In this document: piece by piece, positions 13,450 through 25,999 of the stretch | How the letters are laid out: each line of letters starts with the position of its first letter | Position numbering within the stretch: position 1 is the stretch's first letter | Source: Seison nebaliae | Taxonomy: Eukaryota | Assembly (NCBI GenBank): GCA_023231475.1 | Contig: JALJEE010000548.1 | Coordinates: forward strand, 1-44,383 | Reading direction: 5' to 3' | DNA: 44,383 nt | Notes under the pieces: generated by a model | The model's input: only the letters and a program-made list of their open reading frames with translations | Databases searched by the model: none | What the model was told of the DNA's origin: nothing | Position numbers and translations under genes: made by a program

Positions 13450-13555
13450 TAAATTTGAGGTGAAATAAAACATTTTTTATTAAAAATTTAAAAAAAATCC
13501 AATATAAATATAAACTGAAAAGAATGAGAGTGGAAAGAAAATTATTAATATGGAG

Positions 13556-15374
13556 TTAATCCGTTTTGAAGTGAAAAGTAGATGGATACCAAGGAATTCT
13601 CATCTGTTCACCAGTTTCCTCGTCTTTAGTAGGGGAACAATTTTGAGCTAAAATGAATTCCCGTCGTGTAAATGCTCTTAAAAGATCATTTAGAAAGAAT
13701 ATCTAAAAGAAAATTCAACATCAAACAAATAAATAAGAAAGAAAAGTAACATGAGCACAACTATAACCGAGAGTAATTGCGAAATAAAAATTTGCATTTC
13801 CACTCCCAGCCACCAACCAGATATGCCACATTACCGACATCATAGATAGACAACTGGAAAGTATTGTAATAATAACGATACTTACTTGAAGATATGAAAT
13901 TAGATGATAAAATGATGGTATTAGACAGAGTATAAGGAATGTGTCTCCTAAACACGGATTCGGTTTACCGATTGCTATGATATACATTTGAATGATATAA
14001 ACGAAATATTGATGATCACTAAAAAGATTAGAAGGATTAGATTAAAAGATAAAAAAAACTAACAAGAATCGAATACTTAATGGAATACAATAAATAGCTA
14101 AATGGATTTGCATGACAACGACAAAGAATAAATGGAAATGTTCAAACATTTCCAGAAATAAATACCATAACACTCCAACATTGGGTGACATATCATCAAT
14201 TTTTAATCTGGAAAATATATTAATGGAAAAATTAATAAATAATAACGAAAATAAATACGTGGATTGAATGAAATCGTATGAACCATAAATGAGATAGTTA
14301 CAATAAATGAAACATTTAAGGAATGCCACTAAAAATATGATTGTTTGTATTAATATCGTCCAATTGATTTTATAAATCGAGTATATCGAATCTTTATTTT
14401 CAACATTTTCATATTTCTTCTTTGTCTCAGTTTGACTACACATCAATACCATGGGTGGTATGAGTAAGATGAAGTAGATCGATATAACGACAGAAGCAAA
14501 AGAAATAAATATCGAAGCGAAAAAACTATTCTCTTCATTTCAAAATCAACTTCCCAAATTCTTTAATTTTTAAATATAAACTTTTTAATGATTCATATAA
14601 TATGATTAGAACGAAGAAATTTTGTATTGTTGTTGTTGTTAGAGTGATTTGTTGGGCGATGATTATGGGACATAAGAGATATCTGAAAAAAATAAAATTG
14701 CAAAATTTGAAAGAAGAAAATGTTAACAATGAGAATGCGAGAAAACTTTTGGAAACAAATTCCTTTTCGTTCATTTTAATAAACGGTGAAATTTTTTGAA
14801 TTTGATTTCCTGACACCAGACATTCATCATGAAATTTCTTTAGAATAAAATTCCGATTATATTCTCATCATTTAAATAAAAACTTAACTGATTTTTCTAA
14901 AATTTTGTGAGTAATCAAAAAAATGAGAATTGCATTGATAATATCCAGTAACTAAAAGAAAAACGGGAAAGTGGAGATAAATTCGAAAGAATGAAACACA
15001 TTTCAAAACCAGTAGAAATATGAAATGATTATAATCATTCTTGAACAAGTGAAGTAGTGAGAGTAGAACGGGCGTCTAAAAATTCCCCAAATGATATACA
15101 ACTATATAAGGAATAAATAATAAATTAGAAAAACTTGATGAATTATTGATGAATCATAAACGTTTATTCCATTCCTCATTAGATAATTGGCATTGAGAAC
15201 TAGGAAAATTAACCCATTGTCAAAAAAATAAAGTTAACTGTTCTCATGTGAATTCTCTAACGTGACCAATTCACATCGTTTAGATAACCAATCGAAAATT
15301 TTCTTATTATGAAATAAATAACATCGAATAATCAAACTGAGAATTATCACAATTACGAAAGATAATTTCTTCAT
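13556..15374 (-). CDS. PIGU: GPI transamidase subunit PIG-U (10 exons)
   Basis: Motifs RCELVT..NS, HQTPVLL, DDMSPNVGVLWYLFLEMFEHF, KPNPCLGD and WHIWLVAGSGNANFYFAITL. Introns 15200-15238, 15076-15134, 14952-15009, 14838-14888, 14683-14727, 14533-14581, 14208-14246, 14019-14063 and 13703-13750. Confidence 0.94.
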
Positions 15375-15944
15375 TCAAAATCACAACCACGACAATGTCA
15401 CCAAATTATTTGAATTATTTCTTTGCTTCTGTTTATGCTTTGATTTCAAATAAGTTATCTTTTCATTCATTTCTTTTAATTCATTTTATTCTACTTAAAA
15501 GTCCAACCTCAGTTTTAGACAAGAAATTAACCGGACAGTTTCTGTCCGGTAATAAGAAACTGTATTCCACAGTTTGGTTCATGATTTCTAACGAAATATT
15601 TGATAATATCTTTATTCTAAAGAATTCTTTCGATTGTTTTGTACAAATTCTTTCCTTTAACTATGAAATATAGACAATTTGTTTGCATATTGTTATCCGT
15701 ATTAATATAAATTCCCATGTTTTCATAACCGTTTTCATATTCTTCTTTATTAACAGAATCCATTTACATTTTGTATTTAATCGAATTTCTTAAGTGGATA
15801 TGTCTCAAATCGTGATAATCTCATTTTTTATGATAATCTGATTGGGAATAGTTGAGCTTTCGTATTCTAATAAGTACGATTTTTATTTTTCGATTGTATT
15901 AAATACGATAATATTCAAATCTGTAAGTCTCCAAAATTTGGATG

Positions 15945-17824
15945 TTATTTCTCTTGTAGAAGTTTCATAGCAAATTGTTCGGCTATAGAGATATGTCTCA
16001 CATTTTCCATACTAGCTTTTCTTAGATAATCGATAACTTTTAATTGAATTTCAATAGCAATTACTAGATGGATGATATACCGAAGATCTTGAGAATCTTT
16101 CGTTAAAGGAATTGTCTTTTTCAACCAAATGAGAGCGGCAGATAAATTATTCAGTTGTATCAATATTTGAGAATTTATTCGATGTAGCATTTCTGAATTA
16201 TTTTCTTTAACCAACATCAACTGAACATCAGATTTCATGAGTTTCATATTATAATATTCTGAATTGAAATGATCAACGAGCGATTGGATTTCACAAAAAT
16301 TTACGAAATTTTTGCAAACTCTCTGCATTTGTTCTAAATGTCTTTCCATTTTTTTATCATCTCCTTTAAGTTTATATAATTGTATTCCAAAATACAATAC
16401 ATCACAGTTTGATCGATTCTTCTTTAATAATTTCGCCATTTCAATCTCAATCTTCATTTGTGTCAGTTCACTATGTTCCATTTTGAATTCCATATATAAT
16501 TTTTGTGCTAAAAGAATCACTTCCAAATCAACATCACTTGGAAATTTAACAACGTCGATTAAGGGGACTGCTTTCCCATTCATTTCTATTGCCGCGTGCA
16601 AATTATTCATTAATAAAAATATTTCACTTCGATGATAGTAAACATCAATATTCTGATCATCAATCTGTTCTGCATCATCAATTTTAACAAAACTTTCGTC
16701 GAATTTTTGAAGATGAAGGAATAATCCTGATTGTTTCAATAGAATAGAGATTCTGATCAATTTTACTATTTCGTTATTTTTAAATGGTTTTGAGGCAGAC
16801 AATCCTTTGTCATAACATTCTTTCGATCTATTCAATCGACCCTAAATTTTAGAAGAATATAATGAAACTTTCGAAATAGAACATGACTAACATGAATAAA
16901 ATAAACGTCGCCTAAAAAGGTTAGAGCACCTGTTAAATTGTGTACAATTTCCAATGATTTGTCTTCCAAATTTTCTAATTTTTCTATAAAATATTTAAGT
17001 CGTTCTACCACATTCGTAATTTCTTCACTGTCAGAAAATGCTCCAAATAAATAATCGTCGCGAATCGAATTTAATTCCATCGCAAAGATCGTTTGAAATG
17101 AGATCGCTGAAGTGTTAGATAATTCAACTTTACGACGAACTCTTTTGATAATTGGTATAACGAATTCGGAATAACAGAATATATCACGGAAAAATTTAGA
17201 GAAATATTGTAAAATGAATCCACGTTCAACTAAAGGATATCTTTCTTTATTTTCGATTAAAAATAATTCATTTTGAACAACCATTTGAAAATATCGATGT
17301 GTTTCTTCCATAATTTCTGCACACTCAAATTTTTCCATTATTGCAACAACTGCGGAATTAAAAAGAGCATTTTTATAATTGGCTTGTTTGGCCAAAACTC
17401 TTGATTTTCTACGATATGCCTTTCCATATTCCACGTCCAACTTAATAGCAGTCGAACAATGTTCGAGAACTTTACTATCATTACCTAACAATTCTTCACA
17501 AGCAGCAATATTCTGATGGAATATTGCACACATCTTTCGTGTTTCTGTTTTCATTCTATGGGTGATATCAATGGCCGTCTTATAGAAGTCTATCGCCTTT
17601 TCGAATTCTCCATTGAGAAAAAATTGATTGCCGTTCTTCTTGTAGTGAAGAGCAAGATCTTTCGTATCCTGTTCAATTTCATCATCTATCATTTTCTTAT
17701 CTTCATCTCTCTCTTCGTTTTTTTTACGGAAATATCGATTGACGAGATATGTCGTTGCTAATCCTGTTACTGTAATTCCAAGAACCACGAACGTTCGTTG
17801 AGTAAAGAATTTTGAGAAATTCAT
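15945..17824 (-). CDS. TOMM70: Mitochondrial import receptor Tom70-like TPR protein (2 exons)
   Basis: N-terminal anchor VVLGITVTGLATTYLV, clamp TPRs ALHYKKNGNQFF..FHQNIAAC..YGKAYRRKS and DVYYHRSEI. Intron 16842-16891 joins the two ORFs (FIH|GRLNRSKECY). Confidence 0.8.
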
Positions 17825-18127
17825 TTATGGAAATATTTCAAAAATAAATTGAAATATATTTCGTATAATAATAACCGTTAACAGAAATGGTATTCTTAAA
17901 TTGTTTATTTCCTTTCTCGTATTGGGCGGCGCACAATATACGTTAATAAATTTTAGCGGTAACAATAACAAAAACATATTACTAATCATGAGGGTACCAT
18001 AATTATGAAAAGAAACAAGCTTTGAAAAAACTCAAATTAAAAACAACTCCACGAATCACTTAAAAATAGTCTAGTTCTGAGAAAATAGTTTTAAATTTTA
18101 TTAAACAAAAAACAATAAATTTCAAGT

Positions 18128-18162
18128 ATTTTTTTTTTTTTTTTTTTTTTTTATATATATAT
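18128..18162. repeat. Poly-T tract followed by short (TA)n
   Basis: About 25 consecutive T followed by ATATATATAT. Confidence 0.85.
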
Positions 18163-18513
18163 TTAAATCAATATTAGTAGAATTAATAAGAGAAGTTTTC
18201 AACAATATTTTATTTTTTATTGTTGTGTAATTGATAATTCTAAAGTTTTATCAAAGTTCATTTACATATAATACGTCCTATACAATAATTCGTGGACTTA
18301 TGAGAACTTATTCCGGGTGAAATATGTTACATCTTAAACTTCCTAAAATTAATTAACAATATTTTAAGAATTGGATTATAATCTTTTTGCTTTCCCTTGC
18401 CAATATTAAAAATGAATGAACATAAAACAGTTTTCAAATTTTCTATTTTTTTTCAGTTTCGACCATTTAAGTATATAAGTTCAACATAATCTTGCTTCAA
18501 CTTTCAACGGCAG

Positions 18514-19321
18514 ATGAAAAAAGGATTGAACGCATGGGAGAATACAGGACGAATATTACTGGGTGTTGTACTCCTATTTTTAATGGTTCCTTAAAATTAA
18601 TTCTTATTTAATATTTTTGGTAATATTTTAGGCTGTCGGTTGCATGTCAATTGCGTATGGACATACACATATAAAGTTAATAAACAGCGACGGCGCTTCC
18701 GCCAAAAGTTAGTACTTTGCACTATTTTAAAAATATTCAAACAAGATTAAGAAAAATGTAACCAGATAACTAGAAATTGACAATAATAAAAGAACAATAA
18801 CTGTCTTCTAATTTTGATTCACTCATTTTACTTTTGCATTGCAGAGGGAGCTGATGAGAAACTAAAAAAAAGTACTTATATGAAGAAATACCTAAAAGAT
18901 ATAACGAAAGACGAAAGCGGTTGGACTGTCCTCTTAAATAAAAGACGTCCACAAGTCATAATAGTCTTCGGAGTATTGTTATTTGTGACATCATGTTTTG
19001 GAATCGTCGCTATCTCTATCTTAAATTATTGGTTGCTAGTTACTGTTAAAATTGTTTAATCAATAATTCTGTGTATAATCTAATTTAATCGAATTGTAGA
19101 TGGAAGGATTATTAATAACAAGTTCAATGACATATTCGTTCCTCTTTCCTTTACTCTATACAGATATGGCAATTGATCAGAAAAAAGTTTGGACCACTGT
19201 TCATGACGTTACTATAATTTGTGGAGTGATCAGCACACTTGCCCTTATACTTGGATCACTATTCTTTATAAGAGCTACTACAAGGAAAAATGCACCCAAA
19301 AAAAAATCAACGATCTTCTAG
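18514..19321 (+). CDS. Small four-transmembrane protein with claudin/PMP22-like topology (4 exons)
   Basis: Introns 18586-18631, 18708-18844 and 19054-19099 give a continuous protein of about 190 aa with four hydrophobic helices, a large first loop and a basic tail ending STIF. The family is inferred from topology only. Confidence 0.6.
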
Positions 19322-19821
19322 TTAGATAGAAAAAGTAGTTTGGTAAACAAATAACACCATTAAATAATTTAACAACATACGAGACATATTAAATACATTA
19401 AATCTTCTTCAATTGAGGAATATTTTAAGAAGTTCCTTTATGAACTGCTTTGAATCATCCAGAAAATAAAAGATACATATTTTCTTCCACCCTTGAGTAA
19501 TGGTTTTAGGATCCATTGTAGGATCATATGTTTCATACAATCACTCGAAGTTGATGCAGTGTACTATTTATTCGTCTATTTAATCAGTGCAGTATGTTTA
19601 AGTAGATGATTGGCATTATAATAAAAATCAAAAACTCTAAAATATAAAGTGGCATAGAACTTTGAAGTACAGAGTGATATAACTCTGAAGTGAGCAGTTT
19701 CCATACATTCTAGTTGCATGTAATTCCCATCTACGACTTATTTTACTTTTATTCTATAAAACACTAAACATAATTTATCCTTGTGAAAAACTATAAAAAT
19801 ATGTTGTAAATTTTGATATAT

Positions 19822-19860
19822 ACAGTAGAAACTTAAAGTAATCGGACAGTTTTGCGTTTT
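19822..19860 (+). mobile_element. Possible Tc1-like terminal inverted repeat remnant
   Basis: TA followed by CAGTAGAAACTTAAAGTAATCGGACAGTT. It shares TCGGACAGTT with the reverse complement of 39438-39447, downstream of the Tc1 fragment at 39 kb. Confidence 0.35.
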
Positions 19861-19939
19861 TCTACATTGTTCAAATGGATATTTGGAGTTAATTAATTAA
19901 CAAGTTAATTTGACGATTTTTTAGTTATTTTTAAGTCTT

Positions 19940-20471
19940 GTTTTGAAGTGGAAGTCTAGGAAGAAGACCGTGCTCAGGACGATTGATGTTTTTGATTAGG
20001 AAACGCTTACTTCCTAAAAATCTTCGTATCATTTCAGATTATGTATGTTCGATACAAATCGGAGACGTTCTCATTGTTAATCTTTATGGTTGCACGATAG
20101 AGCGACTAAGAGTAGTTGAAGAAATCAAAGAGATTATTGAACATGTTAAAACCTATTGCTCCTCCAAAGATCCAAAGATAATTTTTGGTGGTGATTTCAA
20201 CATATCTCATGTCGAACTTATTAAGTATCTTATCACGAATCAGTTTCCATCGTTGGTTTGTGCCAATATTATGATGTGTAATCAGGATTCAGTAACGTTC
20301 AGATCGGGTAGAGGTGAGTCATGGGTTGATCATTATTTAGTATCTCGAAATATCATCAATTTTCTGATTCGGTGTGGGATAAATGATTCCGATTTTCTTT
20401 TTTCTGATTATTTTCCAATAATGATTGTAATTGAAAAAGAAGTTATTGAGTATGAGAGTCCCCACAAATGA
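19940..20471 (+). mobile_element. Non-LTR retrotransposon AP-endonuclease domain fragment
   Basis: LIVNLYG, IIFGGDFN, VTF..G.SWVDHYLVS and SDYFPI (catalytic SDH changed to SDY). No RT domain follows. Confidence 0.8.
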
Positions 20472-20574
20472 TGTGAATCTGGAGGGAATTTTATTGATGT
20501 ATGTCAGAATAATAGCAAGTTTGATGAATGTGTTAACCTTATTAATCATTCACATATATCTTCCGAGTCTAGGT

Positions 20575-20645
20575 GATTTGGTAGAGGAACCATTTGGTAG
20601 ACGGGACTATTTGGTAGACCGACCATTTGGTAGACTCCGTATGGG
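20575..20645 (+). repeat. Four tandem ATTTGGTAGA units (period about 16-17 bp), likely DNA-transposon subterminal repeat
   Basis: GATTTGGTAGAGGAACCATTTGGTAGACGGGACTATTTGGTAGACCGACCATTTGGTAGACTCC. Confidence 0.7.
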
Positions 20646-21269
20646 AAATACATGTAGATATTTTCTTATTACACATTTAAAATGCTCCAAAATTTTGGAT
20701 CATTCAAAAGGATTATGCTCACTAAAAATACGGTTAAAGTTAAATTTTAATTTTAATTAATTATGTAATTTCAGATGATGATAATTTCATTAAAAGGAAT
20801 TCTGAAAAGGAATTCTTTCCTTTATTGACACAACGAGTCCATTTACCAAAATTCTAGTGGAATAAGAACGTCAGACGAATGAAACGTTTATGATATATGT
20901 TATGAATGGACCATATCGACTAATCGATAGATGGCCGGAAGACACATTGTAAAAATAGAAGGAAAATTATCTTATAATTTATTCACCATTGAACATGAAT
21001 GTGGGAGTAAATGTTCTTTTAGAATATGTTTTTATGGAATGATAAGATAAAATGATAATAAATCACCTTAAAACAATTGTAAATAAGAGTAATTTTTACC
21101 CTGACGATGATTCATGGTAAGATCCGATAAGATGTAAAACCGTTAACTGGTCTTCCTGTCACGCCCCTACCTCTTAAATATTTACTAAATTACACATCTT
21201 TTTATTTTTTGATTTGTTCAACGAAAATGAGGATTTAAGTAAATAAGTAACGAGAATACTTCTCCAAAT

Positions 21270-24200
21270 ATGTCCAGTTTCTCAACTTTACTCTATTCTT
21301 TCCCATTCCTCTCCATACTATTATATCTAACCGTTCTTGATGCATTGGATATAATTCCCGGTCATTGCGATCATCTAAAGAATTTCCATGGTAAAAATGC
21401 AGTTGTCAGTGAACATGGCGCCAAATGTACTAGATGGGTCATCGGTGATGCATGTTATGAGATGTATGACTTACATCATAAATGGTCCATCGAATTTAAT
21501 AATTTAAATCTAACAATTGATGAGTCATATGTGGCTATCGGTGATTATCGATATGGAAGTGGTGATGCAGACTTGTATAATTCGATTCAAGCCCAATTCC
21601 ATGGGAACAAACGACTTCGATTTCCATATGTGATGAGTAATGTGACGAGTAGAATATGGATAGAATACTTTTCTTCCAATCACCATGACCAAGTAAAATT
21701 GAGTGTTTCATATATCGACCAAAACGATGAATATAATTATGCGAATAATAAGATAAATGATATGTTGAGTAATATTAATTTGGAAATCGGATTCCCTCAT
21801 AAATTTACAGAATTAGCAGGAGAAATCTCTCATCCGACACCACACTCTACCAATTATTCGGGTAATACAGTTTAGTTCTTTCTCAATCTTCTCGAAATAT
21901 TTTGAATGACAATAAAATTTATTTTCCCTCACATTTAGCAATTTAAATGGTTGATCAACACCAATATTCGATCAATCGTCCGAATAAACTTCACATCATT
22001 CGAACTGGAAAAGGATTATGATTTCCTCATATTTCGAGTTAGTACGAAAGATGTTCATGAGAACTTGATACCAGTTATCGATCAAAGAAATGTGCAAGCA
22101 GTTTATTTAGATATATTTACTGGTAAATTACCAATTCTGCCATTTCATCGTCAATATCATGTTCCACAATTATCCGTCGTCTTTCAAAGCGACATCTCCA
22201 ACAATTTCAATGGATTTTCTTTCACTTATGATATAATTCCACCAAGTTTGAAAATTTTTCCATTATGAAATAATCTTCACCATAATGAAAATATATTTGT
22301 CATTTTTGCAGAAACGATTAGAAACAGAATTAATTTGACTGAAATGGAAATTTCAAAAATTTTCTTTGACTCGTCAATCGAAGTGAATTCAACAAATTTG
22401 ATGTTAATTTGGGAGATCGAAATTAGCGAAATAAATATTTTCAATTTATCGAAAGACGAATATCTGCTGGTGAATTTGGAGTATGTTGAACTTCAATTTC
22501 ATGAAATGGACGATTGGTTCTTCTGGACAGAAGAATGTTCGCCAGTTGAAATATTTGAAAAAACGATAGAAAAAAGTAAATCGTCTAGTCTGCTCCGGTT
22601 TAGAGAATCATGTTCCTACTCTCTAACTATTGACATGAAACATGAAATTGAATGGGATGACAAAATAATAATTGATGTGAATCTCCAAGTGTTGAATCGA
22701 ACGATGAAAGAAGTGAAAGAGAATAAAATAACGATTCCATCGACTGTCAGTTGGAATATTCAACCTAATGATACATCCACTAATTTCTCTTTTATCGGTG
22801 AAGCGACCAGTGGAGAGAATTGGGTTATAGATTTTGAAGAATTCATTTTATCTCCGATGGATTTGGTACGAATCGGTTTGTTTGATCAGCCGGGCAAATT
22901 CGTCGTTCATCAAATAAGCGGAAATCATATGAATGAATTGAAGATTGTTATGAATTATTCTCAAATTTGGATAGAATTCTTCAAATTCACTGATTTGTCA
23001 ACAAGACTGCCGACTGACTCATTGGAAGGTCGTGTTCACATTAAAATGATAAAAACGAAAGATTTATATGCGACTCGACAAACGTATTGGCTGACTAAGA
23101 AGAGTTTAGATAAATATGGTGTAATTCAATTAATTAATCGAATTGATGAAACGAATGACTACCTGATCACTATCCCAAACGAATGGTCTGATAGTCGAAT
23201 AATTTCGTTCAAAATTTTCATGCGTTACTTCTATCAATATGATGAAGACGATTTTGTATGTATTTTCTTCTTGTCTTCTCTTCATTCAATTGACGATATA
23301 ACTGATGAGCACATCAATTGGGAAACGATCAAATGTTTCCATGAAATGAACATGATCCCATCAAACTTCCTTTTCAATCTACAATTAAGTCTTCCTTATA
23401 ATTATTTGTTAGTTCGATCACATGCCAAATTGCAGAATGATATTAATGACCAAGAATTATATGCGGAATATCTTGCATCATCATCATCATCCAAATATTT
23501 CTCACCAAACAAAATATTAGGAAGAGGAAAACCTGAATTAGTTTTTGAGGCTTTCTTACAATTCCTGCAAACACCATCATTCATTGTTTGTGATGGTGAG
23601 ATGGTGATGGAAGAGATGTTAACGGAATATTTTCAGTTTACCTTAATCCAATCAACTTGTACCATAAATTTCAATTTAAATGAAAATAGTTGCTGGTTCT
23701 TCGAATTAAGTCTAGGAGATTTCAATTTTATCTGGAATGCTACAAAATCGGAAAATAATCGACAATTACTTTGTAACTTAACAAGACTGGAATTGGAAAC
23801 GTTCTATCCGAATAGCTCACAAATTATCGAACTTCGATTGATTCCATTCAAAAGTTGACGTTTGGTTTTTCGGAGAATACTTTAATCTTATTCTCTAGAT
23901 GATTCCTTCGAAAGAGAATTTATCCCAATTTCACCGAACTGTAAAAAAAATTTAGTTGGTTTACTTCTCCGAAATCATCCGCTGATTAATGAGATTGCTG
24001 CTTGCACTTATCTTGAATCGACTAATCTACCAAATCTTAATTCCATTTATAAAATGACCAACGATTATTCATTCGTTTTACAATTCAGAAACAATCAGTC
24101 ATTATTCATCGATAATGGGAAACCGATGATGATTCTCACGATATCATATCGAATAAAGAATTGTAAACTAATTATGAAAAGTTGGTCGATTTCTATGGAA

Positions 24201-25650
24201 TTCTTTCACATTCTTCTTCACATCAGACTTCTTTAACGAAATCATTTGGGAAAGTACGGAAAGTAACGGAATTGAACTGATAAGGGAAGTGGTCAATATT
24301 AATTTCGGACGAGTAATTGTCGTTTACAAATGTGAGAAATCTGAAGATTTATCCAAAAACTATTTCCAAATGAATGTTTTCAATTATTTCATTACTAGTT
24401 TCATTTTCCTTTCTAATTATTAATTGAAAATTTAATAGATATTTGCAAAATTGATCATGTTGAACGATTCTTCAATTTGTCCTATTCTCACCAACTGGTC
24501 GATGGAGGAGAATTGAGAAATTATACGAAATTCATCTACAACGACTTGAGTCATGAATGTGATTTAGTGACAGTTCAATTATTACTTTCATCTAATGATG
24601 AATATTTATTACCAGTATTCTCGTCGAAAGATGAATGTGAATGTAAATGTTATGAAAGTATTCCAAGAAATAACGGTAAAGCTTTCCATTATTATAAGGA
24701 AGACACAGGTCATTGTATTAAATCATCGTTAAGTAAAGTGAGTCAGAAATGTCGTAGGGTATCGGAAGAGATAGAAATTGCAAATATTTATAAATATCTT
24801 TCAAAGAAGGAATATCGTGAGAGATATCCATGCTTCTTAAACGAACAACAATGTGAAGAACGATGTTGGCATATGATGAGTGGGAAGAAAGCGAATGATA
24901 AAATCCATATTATTCTCATGATCGATCATATGGATAATGTAACGCAAAAATATTTAATGGGAAATCCAATTCGATTGAAATCGATAATTATCTTTCTAAT
25001 TCAAAAGATAATTATCGAATATCGTCCCACTTACTACGACATTCCATCGGTTGAAGATTTGATTTCCATTCAATCAATTCATGAGAATCATCTCATATTC
25101 TCTCTCCAACTAATTGACACGCCCTTCAACTACATCGATTACACGGAAAATCATAAACAATACTCATTCCCCAACATCGACATTTGTCAATTAGACGACA
25201 AAATTATTGAGCAGAAACTTTTATTAAATTCAAAAAATCAATTTTGTCATTCGATTAATCCATTCTGGACGTCATATCATCAATACGATTGTATGTTTCC
25301 CAATTTAATCAACCTTCGCAGTGAAATTCTTAACGACACTTACAATGTAAACTCCTCCAAACACATCATAATCATAATGAAGAATAATAAAACCGACATC
25401 TTGACGAATAGACTGGAAAAGATGAATGAAAAGTATAAATTGTGGAAAATTATCGGAATCATTTCCATCATTGTAGCCATTCTCATTTTACTCATCTTAA
25501 TCATTATGTGTCTCATGTTACTCTCTTCTTAATTTAATTTACTTTAATTGATTTATTTCTAGTTATTCTTTCAAACGCAATTCAGCCACACTAAATCCAA
25601 ATGTTTCAAACAACAAAAAGAGGAAAAGAGATTCATCATCGAAATTTTGA
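21270..25650 (+). CDS. Large single-pass membrane protein with CUB domain(s) (7 exons)
   Basis: Signal peptide; CUB signature GEISHP..NYSGNTQFKWLI..INFTSFELEKDYDFL..VVFQSDISNNFNGFSFTY; Cys-rich segment; TM IIGIISIIVAILILLILIIMCLI; short basic tail. Introns 21870-21938, 22246-22311, 23854-23898, 24181-24226, 24398-24438 and 25517-25562 all keep the frame. Confidence 0.85.
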
Positions 25651-25728
25651 AGAAGGTCAATAATTTCCATGAAATTTATTCGACAACAATTCGAACCCTT
25701 CATATTGAGAGAACTTTTCGTTATTTTT

Positions 25729-25999
25729 CTAGTAATTTCTTTTCCTGCTTCGTTTTCTTTCTTCAATCTTTTCTTTCAAAACTTCTTGTTTCAATTGAAT
25801 CTCTCTCGATTCTTCGGTCGCTTTCTTAAGATTCTCATCCAATTTATCCACCAGCACCATCAATTCCGCTATCTAAAACGAGAAATTAACGAACACGTAA
25901 TTAATTGGCAACCATCTCCTGCATCCCAGATTTGGTTGATGGTTTTTTTGCCAAAATCTCCTTATACAGCATCTCCATCTCTTCTACCATATGCCCCAT
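25729..25999 (-). CDS. Small predicted coiled-coil protein (76 aa, 2 exons), absent from the ORF track
   Basis: Intron 25873-25912 (GTTGCC..TTTAG) gives MGHMVEEMEMLYKEILAKKPSTKSGMQEMIAELMVLVDKLDENLKKATEESREIQLKQEVLKEKIEERKRSRKRNY*. The true start may lie further upstream. Confidence 0.55.
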
